Position numbers and translations under genes: made by a program
In this document: piece after piece, positions 37,189 to 45,876 of the stretch
How the letters are laid out: each line of letters starts with the position of its first letter
How positions within the stretch are numbered: position 1 is the stretch's first letter
The notes under the pieces: model-generated
Told to the model about the DNA's origin: nothing
Seen by the model: only the letters and a program-made list of their open reading frames with translations
Databases searched by the model: none
DNA from: Pontiella sp.
GTDB lineage: Bacteria > Verrucomicrobiota > Kiritimatiellia > Kiritimatiellales > Pontiellaceae
DNA: 64,000 nucleotides
Reading direction: 5' to 3'
NCBI GenBank assembly: GCA_050290185.1
Contig: JBNKHE010000010.1
Span: 32,001-96,000 of the forward strand

Positions 37189-39459
37189 ATGAAGCCGATT
37201 GCCTTATCACATTTAACCCTATTGTCGGTCTTGGGTTTGTCGGTTGGATGTGTTGCCGAAACCCATCCCGCCAGTTCGGTGCTCTGGTACGAACAGCCCG
37301 CGCGAAGCTGGATGACCGAGGCGTTGCCGTTGGGCAACGCCTCGCTGGGCGGCATGTTCTTTGGCCTCTCCGATACCGAGCGGGTCCAGTTCAATCAGGA
37401 CACGCTCTGGACGGGCAATGAACATGATACCGGAAGCTACCAGGCGTTCGGCGATGTCTTCATTCAGCTTGGACACGAGAACCCGATGAACTATCGCCGC
37501 GAACTGGACATCGACAATGCGATGCTCAAGGTGTCCTATCGCGCCCAAGGCGTCGACTATGAACGCCTGGCTTTCGCCAGCCATCCGGCGGACGTGATCA
37601 TTTATCATTTCAAGGCCAACAAGCCCGGCGCGTATAGCGGACGTATCTGGCTGAGCGATATGCACGGTGCCGAGATTACGGCCGACGGCGACCGGCTCAT
37701 CGCTGCCGGTCAGCTGGATAGGGACGGCTTGCACTACGAATCGCAGCTGCGCGTACTCCATTCCGGCGGGCGCGTTCGGGTCGAGAGGTCGGATGTATCG
37801 GGCAATCCGCTCGCCGGTGTTCCCGATGCCGGCGACCGCACGCTTCCCCGGACTTCGTTGGTGTTCGAAAAATGCGATTCCATCACGCTGGTGCTGGCCG
37901 CCGGTACCGATTATCTGGCGGACCACGAAAAGAATTGGCGTGGTGAAAAACCGCATGCCGCGGTGACCAAGCGGGTTGACGCCGTCACAGCGGATGCGCT
38001 GATGGATCTCTATAAGGCCCACGTGGCCGACTACCAGTCGCTCTACCACCGCTTCCAGGTCGACCTGGGCAAGACCGCGGAAAGCGTGGCGGACAAACCC
38101 ACCGACGAACGCCTTCTCGCCTATACGAAGGACAAGACCAACGATCCCGACCTCGAGGAGTTGTTAGTCAACTATGGACGCTACCTGATGATCAGCAGCT
38201 CGCGTCCCGGTAGCATGCCCGCCAACCTGCAGGGGCTTTGGAACGACAAGAACAATCCGCCGTGGCGCTGCGACTACCACTCCAACATCAACATCGAGAT
38301 GAACTATTGGCCCAGCGAACCGACCAACCTCGGCGAATGCCAGAAACCGTTCCTCGACTATATCCGCAGCCAGATTCCGATCTATCGCGAACGCACCCGC
38401 GAAGAGTGGAAGGACACGAAGACCGGTTGGACGGTACGCACCGAGAACGGCGTATTCGGCGGCGGGAGCTACAAGTGGAACCCGCCCGGAAGCGCCTGGT
38501 ACGCACAGCATTTCTGGGAACACTATGCTTATGGGCAGGACAAGGACTACCTGCGCAATGAGGCCTATCCCGTCTTGAAGGAGCTCTGCGGATTCTGGGA
38601 AGGCATGCTCGTCGAACGCCCGGACGGCACGCTTGTTACGCCGGTCGGCTGGTCGCCCGAACACGGGCCGGACGAAGAGGCCATCACCTACGATCTGGAA
38701 ATTGTCTACGACCTGTTCTCCAACTACATCGATGCCGCCGATGCGCTCGGTACCGACAAGAAATACCGCGACAAGGTCGCGCAGATGCGCGATCGTTTGC
38801 TCAAACCGAAGATCGGCAAATGGGAACAGCTGCAGGAATGGGAAACCGACCGGGACGATCCGAAGGACGACCACCGCCACGTTTCCCATCTGTTCGGTCT
38901 CTACCCCGGCCGGCAGATCACCGCCACCGGAACCCCCGATCTGTTCAAGGCCGCAAGGATATCGCTCGAAGCCCGCGGCGATGGCGGTACCGGCTGGAGC
39001 CGCGCATGGAAGATCAACTTCTGGGCCCGCTTCCAGGACGGCGACCACGCCTACCTCATGCTGCGCAACCTGATGACCTATGTGAACTCCGTTGGTACCG
39101 ACATGGTCAACGGCGGCGGTCTCTACCCGAACCTGTTCGATGCCCATCCACCGTTCCAGATCGACGGCAACTTCGGCGCAACCGCCGGCGTGGCCGAGAT
39201 GCTTGTGCAATCGCAAACCGGCGAAATCGTCTTGCTGCCCGCGCTGCCCAACGCCTGGCCGACCGGTTCCGTGAAAGGATTGCGCGCTCGCGGCGGCTAT
39301 GAGATCGACATGATTTGGATGCAAGGAAAGCTGATGTCCGCTACCATTAAAAACATCAAGGGTTCCGGTGCCAGAATCCGCTACGGGGACAAGACCGTCA
39401 ATTTGAATGTTCCAGTTGGACAGCAGGTCGTTCTGGATGGCGAATTAAAGAAAAAGTAA
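37189..39459 (+). CDS. GH95 alpha-L-fucosidase/alpha-L-galactosidase
   Basis: LWYEQPA..W..EALPLGN, YGRYLMISSSRPG, PANLQGLWN, NINIEMNYW, SPEHG, HRHVSHL, HPPFQIDGNFG. Confidence 0.92.
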   Translation: MKPIALSHLTLLSVLGLSVGCVAETHPASSVLWYEQPARSWMTEALPLGNASLGGMFFGLSDTERVQFNQDTLWTGNEHDTGSYQAFGDVFIQLGHENPMNYRRELDIDNAMLKVSYRAQGVDYERLAFASHPADVIIYHFKANKPGAYSGRIWLSDMHGAEITADGDRLIAAGQLDRDGLHYESQLRVLHSGGRVRVERSDVSGNPLAGVPDAGDRTLPRTSLVFEKCDSITLVLAAGTDYLADHEKNWRGEKPHAAVTKRVDAVTADALMDLYKAHVADYQSLYHRFQVDLGKTAESVADKPTDERLLAYTKDKTNDPDLEELLVNYGRYLMISSSRPGSMPANLQGLWNDKNNPPWRCDYHSNINIEMNYWPSEPTNLGECQKPFLDYIRSQIPIYRERTREEWKDTKTGWTVRTENGVFGGGSYKWNPPGSAWYAQHFWEHYAYGQDKDYLRNEAYPVLKELCGFWEGMLVERPDGTLVTPVGWSPEHGPDEEAITYDLEIVYDLFSNYIDAADALGTDKKYRDKVAQMRDRLLKPKIGKWEQLQEWETDRDDPKDDHRHVSHLFGLYPGRQITATGTPDLFKAARISLEARGDGGTGWSRAWKINFWARFQDGDHAYLMLRNLMTYVNSVGTDMVNGGGLYPNLFDAHPPFQIDGNFGATAGVAEMLVQSQTGEIVLLPALPNAWPTGSVKGLRARGGYEIDMIWMQGKLMSATIKNIKGSGARIRYGDKTVNLNVPVGQQVVLDGELKKK

Positions 39460-39476
39460 ACGAAAGCAGGTTCGTT

Positions 39477-41528
39477 ATGATGATAGACAAGACAATGATG
39501 GGATGGCCGTTATCGGCAAAGTTCGCAATGGTTGCCATTGCATCCATGACAATGCTGTGCCCGGCAAAGGCTGAGACTTCGCCTTCCACCGTGGCCTCGT
39601 CCGACTCGGTACTGTCTATTCACATGGACGAGCCGGGTGCGGCGGTCAGCCCGACGTTCTACGGTATCTTTTTTGAAGACATTAACCGGGCGGGGGATGG
39701 CGGGCTCTACGCCGAGATGGTGCAGAACCGATCGTTCGAGGATAACGAACATCTGATTGCCTGGACGCCGCTCATGGATTCAAAGGCGAAGGCGACGGTT
39801 GAACTGAACCAATCCTCGCCGCTTAATGCGAACAATCCGACGAGTCTGAAAATCCACATCGATAAAACCGGCGGGGATCGCGTGGCCGTTTACAATCAGG
39901 GCTTCAAGGGCATCATCTCGCCCAAAAAAGCACCGGAAACCTCGGAAGCATGGGTGGAAAAATTCGCGGCGGCCCAGCGGAAACCGGACAACGGCCTCGT
40001 GGTCGAGTCCGGGAAGGAATACCGCTTCAGCATGTATGTACGGACGCAGGGGTATTCCGGCCCCATCGGGGTATCGCTCGAAACGCAAACCGGCGAAGTG
40101 CTGGCCCGGCAGGCGGTCAAGCCGGTCGGCAGGGATTGGAAGAAAATTGAACTGACGCTGGTGCCGGAAAAATCCGACGCGGATGCTAGGCTGGTGCTTT
40201 CCATGAACAAAAGGGGCTCCGTCTGGTTCGACATGGTTTCGCTGTTTCCGGTCGACACGTGGAGGGATAGCGGCCTTCGACCCGATCTGGCGCAGATGAT
40301 GGTCAACATGAAGCCGGGGCTGTTCCGGTTTCCCGGCGGTTCGTATTCGGAAGGGGCCGTGCTGGCCCATGCATGGCGATGGAAGGAGACTATTGGCGAT
40401 GTCGCGGAACGTCCCGGAAACTGGAATATCTGGGGCTACCGTTCCACCGGCGGACTGGGCTTCCATGAGTACCTTCAACTGGCCGAAGACCTCGGTTCGG
40501 AACCGCTGTATGTCGCCCATGTCGGCATGGCGGAAAGGGATTTTGTGTCGATGGAAGAGTTGGAGCCGTGGATCCAGGATGTGCTCGATGCCATCGAATA
40601 CGCCAACGGACCGGTCTCCTCTAAATGGGGCGCGCTGCGCGCGAAGAACGGGCATCCGGAGCCATTCAACCTGAAGTATGTCGAAATCGGCAACGAGAAC
40701 GGCATGGGCTATTCGTGGGGCGGCGGTACGCGCGCCGACTACCTGCCGCGCTACAAGGCATTCTACGAACGCATCAAGGCGGCCTATCCGGATATCGTTA
40801 CGATTGCCAATATCCACACCGAGCCGGATGTGCCGGCAGAGATTGTGGACGAACATTACTACGAAACCGCCGAATGGTTCTTCAACGCGGCCACGAAATA
40901 CGACGACTACGACCGCTCCAAGCCGAAACTCTATCTGGGCGAATACGCCGTCAAGAAGGGGGCCGGCCGCGGCAACATGGGGGCGGCGCTCGGCGAAGCG
41001 GCCTTCCTGACCGGCCTGGAACGCAATGTCGACGTGGTACTGATGACGTCCTACGCGCCGCTGTTCACCAACCCGTATTGGCAGAAATGGCAACCCGATG
41101 CCATCGTATTCGATACCACACGCTGCTACGGCACCCCGAGTTACCATGTCCAGAAAATGTTCGCGAACAACCGTCCTGACGTGGTGCTGCCGGTAGACCT
41201 ACCGGAAATCAAGGGCGATGCTCCCATGTTGTTTGCCTGCGCCGGCTTGGTGAAAGATTCCGGGGATCTGATTTTGAAGGTTGTCAACCGCGGTGATCAG
41301 CCGGAACGGTTGGATATCAATCTATCCGGCCTTGCAGGGCAATACGCGAAAGGTGTCTGCACCGAGCTGTCGGCCACATCGATGGGAGACGAAAACTCCT
41401 TCGATCATCCGGACAGGATTGCGCCGAAGGTGGATGAGTTGCCGTCGTTCAGCGGGCGGTGCAAGCATGTGTTCCCTCCATATTCCGTGACGGTATTGCG
41501 CTGGTCGAAAGCGCTGGATGCTCAATGA
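39477..41528 (+). CDS. GH51 alpha-L-arabinofuranosidase
   Basis: GIFFEDINRAGDGGLYAEMVQNRSFE, RFPGG, EIGNEN, DEHYY, YLGEYA, SYAPL. Confidence 0.9.
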   Translation: MMIDKTMMGWPLSAKFAMVAIASMTMLCPAKAETSPSTVASSDSVLSIHMDEPGAAVSPTFYGIFFEDINRAGDGGLYAEMVQNRSFEDNEHLIAWTPLMDSKAKATVELNQSSPLNANNPTSLKIHIDKTGGDRVAVYNQGFKGIISPKKAPETSEAWVEKFAAAQRKPDNGLVVESGKEYRFSMYVRTQGYSGPIGVSLETQTGEVLARQAVKPVGRDWKKIELTLVPEKSDADARLVLSMNKRGSVWFDMVSLFPVDTWRDSGLRPDLAQMMVNMKPGLFRFPGGSYSEGAVLAHAWRWKETIGDVAERPGNWNIWGYRSTGGLGFHEYLQLAEDLGSEPLYVAHVGMAERDFVSMEELEPWIQDVLDAIEYANGPVSSKWGALRAKNGHPEPFNLKYVEIGNENGMGYSWGGGTRADYLPRYKAFYERIKAAYPDIVTIANIHTEPDVPAEIVDEHYYETAEWFFNAATKYDDYDRSKPKLYLGEYAVKKGAGRGNMGAALGEAAFLTGLERNVDVVLMTSYAPLFTNPYWQKWQPDAIVFDTTRCYGTPSYHVQKMFANNRPDVVLPVDLPEIKGDAPMLFACAGLVKDSGDLILKVVNRGDQPERLDINLSGLAGQYAKGVCTELSATSMGDENSFDHPDRIAPKVDELPSFSGRCKHVFPPYSVTVLRWSKALDAQ

Positions 41529-41792
41529 GAATGGGGAAATTGCAGAAATCGAGTTCGTGCAAGATTCGGAACCATCTGTATGTAAGAACAAAATCAGTCT
41601 AACGGAACCACCGTTCTGAGTGAACGGGCAGGGCAATTTTAATGGCTTTAGCATAGACATGCTTGCGCACCTCCTCCGCCGAGGCCTTGAGTGGCGGTTG
41701 TGTCCTAAATCTGTCCAAGAGGGCTTCGGTTTCCCCTGGTTTCCTCTGGTTGACAGGAAAAGGAAAAATGGGTGGAAACTCACGAAAGGTGT

Positions 41793-41824
41793 AAAAATAT
41801 AGGCCGGAACGTGTGTTCCGGCCT
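41793..41824 (-). terminator. Intrinsic terminator-like hairpin after the second tRNA-end copy
   Basis: 10-bp stem AGGCCGGAAC/GTTCCGGCCT followed on the minus strand by ATATTTTT. Confidence 0.6.
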
Positions 41825-41831
41825 TCAAAGT

Positions 41832-42039
41832 TGGTAGCGGGGCTCAGATGGCTACGCCCCTAACTAAAGGGGACTGTCGCTTGCCTCCAGTCTCACTGCG
41901 CATGGCGTTTCGCCACCCTTCGGGTCTTTTGCTTGGGAAAAATCTGCTTCCGCTCGCGAGCTCGCTTCAGGGCTTTGGCCTATGGCCTTGGTCCTGTGGG
42001 CGCTCTCGACTTTGCGAGATGCGTTTGCTGTGAACCGAG
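41832..42039 (-). repeat. tRNA-Met T-arm/acceptor copy interrupted in the T-loop by a 181-nt structured insert
   Basis: Minus strand reads CCTCGGTTCA-[181 nt]-ATCTGAGCCCCGCTACCA; compare CCTCTGTTCAAATCCGAGCCCCGCTACCA in the att fragment. Confidence 0.65.
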
Positions 42040-42050
42040 GTTCAAACTAC

Positions 42051-42083
42051 AAAAAAAACCGACTGCCTTTCGGCAATCGGTTT
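42051..42083 (-). terminator. Intrinsic terminator downstream of the tRNA 3' fragment
   Basis: Minus strand AAACCGATTGCC-GAAA-GGCAGTCGG followed by an 8-T run. Confidence 0.85.
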
Positions 42084-42087
42084 AAAT

Positions 42088-42138
42088 TGGTAGCGGGGCT
42101 CGGATTTGAACAGAGGACCTTCAGGTTATGAGCCTGAC
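42088..42138 (-). repeat. 3' half of a tRNA-Met(CAT) gene (initiator-like); att site, not an intact tRNA
   Basis: Minus strand GTCAGGCTCATAACCTGAAGGTCCTCTGTTCAAATCCGAGCCCCGCTACCA supplies the anticodon arm, T-arm (one stem mismatch) and CCA. There is no D-arm or 5' acceptor strand beyond 42138. Confidence 0.85.
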
Positions 42139-42261
42139 AAAAATTAGCAAAAACGCGTTATAATAAGGCTAAAATAGAAATATAATTGAGTTATCGTTGA
42201 CTTATACTCCCGGAAAGCGCTCTTATTCTGCCCATCAAGGCCAGTGATGGACAATGAGCGA

Positions 42262-43605
42262 ATGGGGGCCACGGTGGCAAAGAAAAAGTCAAAACGACGA
42301 GCCAAGGGGACGGGGGCGGTGGTCAAGCTGTCCAGTGGCACGTATGCCTTCCAATACTCGGACGCCAGCGGCAGGCGCAAAACGCAATCCCTCAAGACCA
42401 AGAATAAAGCCGAGGCCGAAGAACGGGCGGTGGAGCTGGCCCGGATGCTTACGGCTGGCGATACGGCGGAGGCGGTCTTCCAGATTGCCCGCCAGCGCGA
42501 TCTGGTCCATACCAAATGCCTCCCGTTCGGCGAAGTCTGGCCGGAGTTCCTGAAAACCAATCCAACAGCCGGAGCCGGGACCCTTGACCTGTATGAGCGG
42601 GCTTTGAATAAATTCATTGAATGGATGCTTAAAAACCGCCCGGCCATTGCCGACTTTTCCGAGGTCGATGTCCAGACTGCCCGCGCCTACATGGAGGATT
42701 TCTGGTCAACCGGGATTTCCGCGTCCACCTACAATGACCGACGCAATGCCCTCGGCCACATCACCAAGAGGCTGGCCAACCGCTACCACATTGATGTCAA
42801 TCCGTGGGAGCGGACCGAACGGAAGAAAGGGGTGCAGCAAAAACGCCTGCCGTTGAGCCGGGAACAGGTAACGGCCTTGATGAAGAAAATGGACGAGGAG
42901 AAGCTTACCTATCCCGATGAAATGCGGTGTCTGATCCTACTGGGGCTTTATGCCGGAATGCGTTTGGGGGATGCGGTGTTGCTCGAAAAGCAGTGTGTAA
43001 ACATGAAGGCTGGCCGCATTGACTACACCCCCAGCAAGACGGCGAGTACCTCCGGCGTACAGGCACAGGTGCCAATCCTGCCGCCGTTGGCGGAAGCAAT
43101 CAGCGTGTTGCCGAAGCATGAAGGGGACCGCCTCCTGCCGAAGATAGCCGCGCATTACAAGCGAAACCCGGAATACATAAAAGACGCCCTTATCGAACTG
43201 ATCCACAAGGTTACAGGCGATGCCAAGCAGACCACGAAGGCGCAATTCAAACGCTCACGGTCGCTTTATGGCTTCCATAGTTTGCGCCACACATTCGCGT
43301 CCGAGGTCGCTCGATGTGGGGTGTCAGCAACTCACCTGTCGATGTTAACGGGCGACACCATTGCGACGCTGCAAAAGTTCTATGTGAAGATCGGACTGAA
43401 TGAGCCGCATGTGCAGGGCTTTGAAAGTATCGCAAGGCTGCTTGAATCCAAACCTGTCAACGGGGACCGGGAGCGCGAAGAACTGCGGAAGTTGGCCGAC
43501 GACCTGCCCATCGAAAAGGTCCGCGAATTGATCAAGTTGGCGCGGGCCAAGGATGTTAAAGGGGTCGCGACCACCAAGGAATTACAGGAGCAAGGAGCAA
43601 AATGA
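42262..43605 (+). CDS. Tyrosine recombinase/integrase
   Basis: N-terminal arm-binding-like region (AKGTGAVVK...RKTQSLKT), LYAGMRLGD, FHSLRHTFA, KFY. Start uncertain (42244-42274). Confidence 0.9.
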   Translation: MGATVAKKKSKRRAKGTGAVVKLSSGTYAFQYSDASGRRKTQSLKTKNKAEAEERAVELARMLTAGDTAEAVFQIARQRDLVHTKCLPFGEVWPEFLKTNPTAGAGTLDLYERALNKFIEWMLKNRPAIADFSEVDVQTARAYMEDFWSTGISASTYNDRRNALGHITKRLANRYHIDVNPWERTERKKGVQQKRLPLSREQVTALMKKMDEEKLTYPDEMRCLILLGLYAGMRLGDAVLLEKQCVNMKAGRIDYTPSKTASTSGVQAQVPILPPLAEAISVLPKHEGDRLLPKIAAHYKRNPEYIKDALIELIHKVTGDAKQTTKAQFKRSRSLYGFHSLRHTFASEVARCGVSATHLSMLTGDTIATLQKFYVKIGLNEPHVQGFESIARLLESKPVNGDREREELRKLADDLPIEKVRELIKLARAKDVKGVATTKELQEQGAK

Positions 43606-44465
43606 ATAGAATTATCCCGGAAAAACTCCGAGATTTGTCTCAGCTGGGACCATTACTAAGTAATGAGGATACTTCCAGCCAATACATCATTGACCCTGTG
43701 ACACTCGCGAAAGGAATTTGTTATTTCGTTACCCGGTTGCGTATTGTGTCACGCTATGAAGATCTTAGGGAGATGGGGTATAGGAATGGAAATTACTTTC
43801 ACTACATAATTGAATCCTATGAGGAGGTGTTGGCCTGCCTCATGATCCGGTGTGAAAAGGCAGAACGTGAAGAGATAGCCGACCGACTATGTGTTGTCGC
43901 CGGAACCGCTATCGAACTTGATCAAGCGATTTTGAAGTATGGGAAACGCGAGATTTCACATATCGCTATGACTTCAATCGCGAGAGAGAGTGCTGCTGCA
44001 TTTGCGAGTCACAAACAATTCTTTGCAGCGGTCAGGGATTACTGGGAAAGCGAGGCTGCGACTAGGGCGAATCAATACGGGATTCAGCACCATGCCGATT
44101 ACGCCACTGATCGTTCGCCTAAAACTCCACAAGAGCGGGTTCATTTATTGGTTGAAAGCGTCATCGGTAAGGAAGAAAGGCTGATGGCCCTCAATCAGGC
44201 GTTACTCGCCATGCATGAGGTCGCTGATAAACGGGATCATCAAATGGACAACGAGGTCGTGTGTTCGATCTTGGGGATCTCGGAGAACAAAAGAAAAGCT
44301 ACTGAGGAGCGGCTTCGGAAGAGGTTAGGTACGTGGCGGGGTCGTGACACGAACGAGGACGATCAAAAAGCACGAGCTGACATTTTTCGCCGGGGTATTG
44401 GTTTGGAATTACGCAGGACGGTCCGCGAAATTGATCCAAAAATCTTCTGTCATTATAAGCTCTGA
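43602..44465 (+). CDS. Hypothetical helical protein, possible C-terminal HTH
   Basis: 287-aa ORF coupled to the integrase (ATGA overlap, RBS AGGAG); NEVVCSILGISENKRKATEERLRKRL. Confidence 0.6.
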   Translation: MNRIIPEKLRDLSQLGPLLSNEDTSSQYIIDPVTLAKGICYFVTRLRIVSRYEDLREMGYRNGNYFHYIIESYEEVLACLMIRCEKAEREEIADRLCVVAGTAIELDQAILKYGKREISHIAMTSIARESAAAFASHKQFFAAVRDYWESEAATRANQYGIQHHADYATDRSPKTPQERVHLLVESVIGKEERLMALNQALLAMHEVADKRDHQMDNEVVCSILGISENKRKATEERLRKRLGTWRGRDTNEDDQKARADIFRRGIGLELRRTVREIDPKIFCHYKL

Positions 44466-44469
44466 GACC

Positions 44470-44596
44470 TTCCACGCACCGTGGAAGGGCTGATTTACAC
44501 CGTGGAAATATATGGCGCGAAAACTCCATTTAAATCAATGTTTTCAGGCATTGGGCACTACCGGCCTTCATAGCCTCCTTTCCACGCACCGTGGAA
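44470..44596. promoter_or_regulatory. Two perfect copies of the palindrome TTCCACG-CAC-CGTGGAA plus a half copy
   Basis: Full copies at 44470..44486 and 44580..44596; partial CACCGTGGAA at about 44498..44507. Confidence 0.7.
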
Positions 44597-44699
44597 TAAA
44601 AACAATATTCGGATTTTTCTGATTCTAATCCGATCACCAGCCGGATTGGTGTTGCAAATTGACCTGCGACGGTCCGGCTGGGTGAAAGGAAGGATCAGA

Positions 44700-45047
44700 A
44701 TGGAATCAGTAATATCCAAAGCAACAGTTGAACTGGTTGCTAACCTTACCGGCCCTTTGGTTGGAACGGGCGCATTGCATCGAACAGAACAACAATCCGT
44801 TGTTCAACTTCTCCGGCAGCATACCGCCGGGAAACAGCCGGATCAGCAAGCCGATGCTTGGTCGACGCTGGACGAGGCTTCGCGGGAGACCAAACTCAGC
44901 AAGAAGACTCTGCGCCGTATGATCGATTCGGGGGAATTGGAGGGGAAATATTTGCGCAAGGGATCACCGAAAACTTTGCGGATCAAGTCTTCCTCCCTTG
45001 CGGCCTTGAAAGCCCAGGAAGGAGATCCGAGTCATGAAGCAAAATAA
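44700..45047 (+). CDS. Excisionase-like HTH DNA-binding protein
   Basis: WSTLDEASRETKLSKKTLRRMIDSGELEG...LRI; ATG at 44700 after AAGGAAGGA. Confidence 0.75.
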   Translation: MESVISKATVELVANLTGPLVGTGALHRTEQQSVVQLLRQHTAGKQPDQQADAWSTLDEASRETKLSKKTLRRMIDSGELEGKYLRKGSPKTLRIKSSSLAALKAQEGDPSHEAK

Positions 45048-45480
45048 TGATATTCAAAACGATGCAGGGAATGTTGACGTACAGATCCAGTCGCAGCTAA
45101 ATGTCGGGGGTGTGCATGCACCAAAGAATAGCAATGATGATCCTGGCCGTAAAATATGTAGGTCGTGCGGAAAGTTCGAGGTGGGAAAAAGCTCGCGCTT
45201 CCTGAACTGTTTAAGTCTTCATGGTTTATGCGATCTGTGTATAGGCGAAGTCACAAGTCTGAAAGTAGGCATGTATGAAGCGTCAGACCGTTTTGTTAGC
45301 TTATGGAAAAACACGGAACTGCAAGTTACTGCCGAAGAGATATTGTCGGTCTTCGACGGTATGGCTGCACTTTCCGGGCCGGCATTAGGCGATGTTTTTC
45401 GCGGGCTTAGGCAACTTCTGTCTGCGATCGGTAAGGAGGCACAAGAAAGGGGGGGGTGGGCTGATGACTACCCGTTCTGA
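45034..45480 (+). CDS. Hypothetical protein with two CxxC pairs
   Basis: CRSC...CDLC; RBS AAGGAG; overlaps the upstream gene. Confidence 0.55.
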   Translation: MKQNNDIQNDAGNVDVQIQSQLNVGGVHAPKNSNDDPGRKICRSCGKFEVGKSSRFLNCLSLHGLCDLCIGEVTSLKVGMYEASDRFVSLWKNTELQVTAEEILSVFDGMAALSGPALGDVFRGLRQLLSAIGKEAQERGGWADDYPF

Positions 45481-45742
45481 TCGCGTTTCGATAAACGGAC
45501 TTATAGGGCATTCCAGTTTTGTCGAAATATCTCTCTGCGAGGAGTGCGCAGTAGCAAAGGACCAATGGTGCAAAACTTGTGATGACTCCCCTCTGGAGCT
45601 ATGTAGTTTGTGCCAGGGCAAGGTTAATGCCATACCCCAAGGATCGTACATATTGGTCGACCAGAATGCGCCAAGACTGTTGTACGACGAGGGCGATGAA
45701 TCGGAGTATGATTGGAAAGCAGCGGGGCCTGACGATGATTAG
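45464..45742 (+). CDS. Small Cys-rich hypothetical protein (three CxxC)
   Basis: CEEC, CKTC, CSLC and an acidic tail; overlaps its neighbours in operon fashion. Confidence 0.5.
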   Translation: MTTRSDRVSINGLIGHSSFVEISLCEECAVAKDQWCKTCDDSPLELCSLCQGKVNAIPQGSYILVDQNAPRLLYDEGDESEYDWKAAGPDDD

Positions 45743-45876
45743 CCTCGATTTCCATGTCGATCCATACACTGATGCGTCGTGTTCAACTATTAACATGGGC
45801 CGAAAGGCCCATTTCTTTTTCTATTCAATCCATGGTTGTTGGGATTGGGCGGATTTTGATTCTGGGGGCGATTGCG

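Noticed and set aside
41620..42033. Small plus-strand ORFs (60-61 aa) and the 168-aa minus ORF
   Set aside because: They cross terminators and tRNA-derived repeats and have no RBS or motif support.
42088..42138. Intact tRNA-Met gene
   Set aside because: Only the 3' 51 nt are present and the T-stem has a mismatch, so it is treated as an att duplication.
44470..44596. CRISPR array
   Set aside because: Only two full 17-bp units with a long spacer, and no cas genes.
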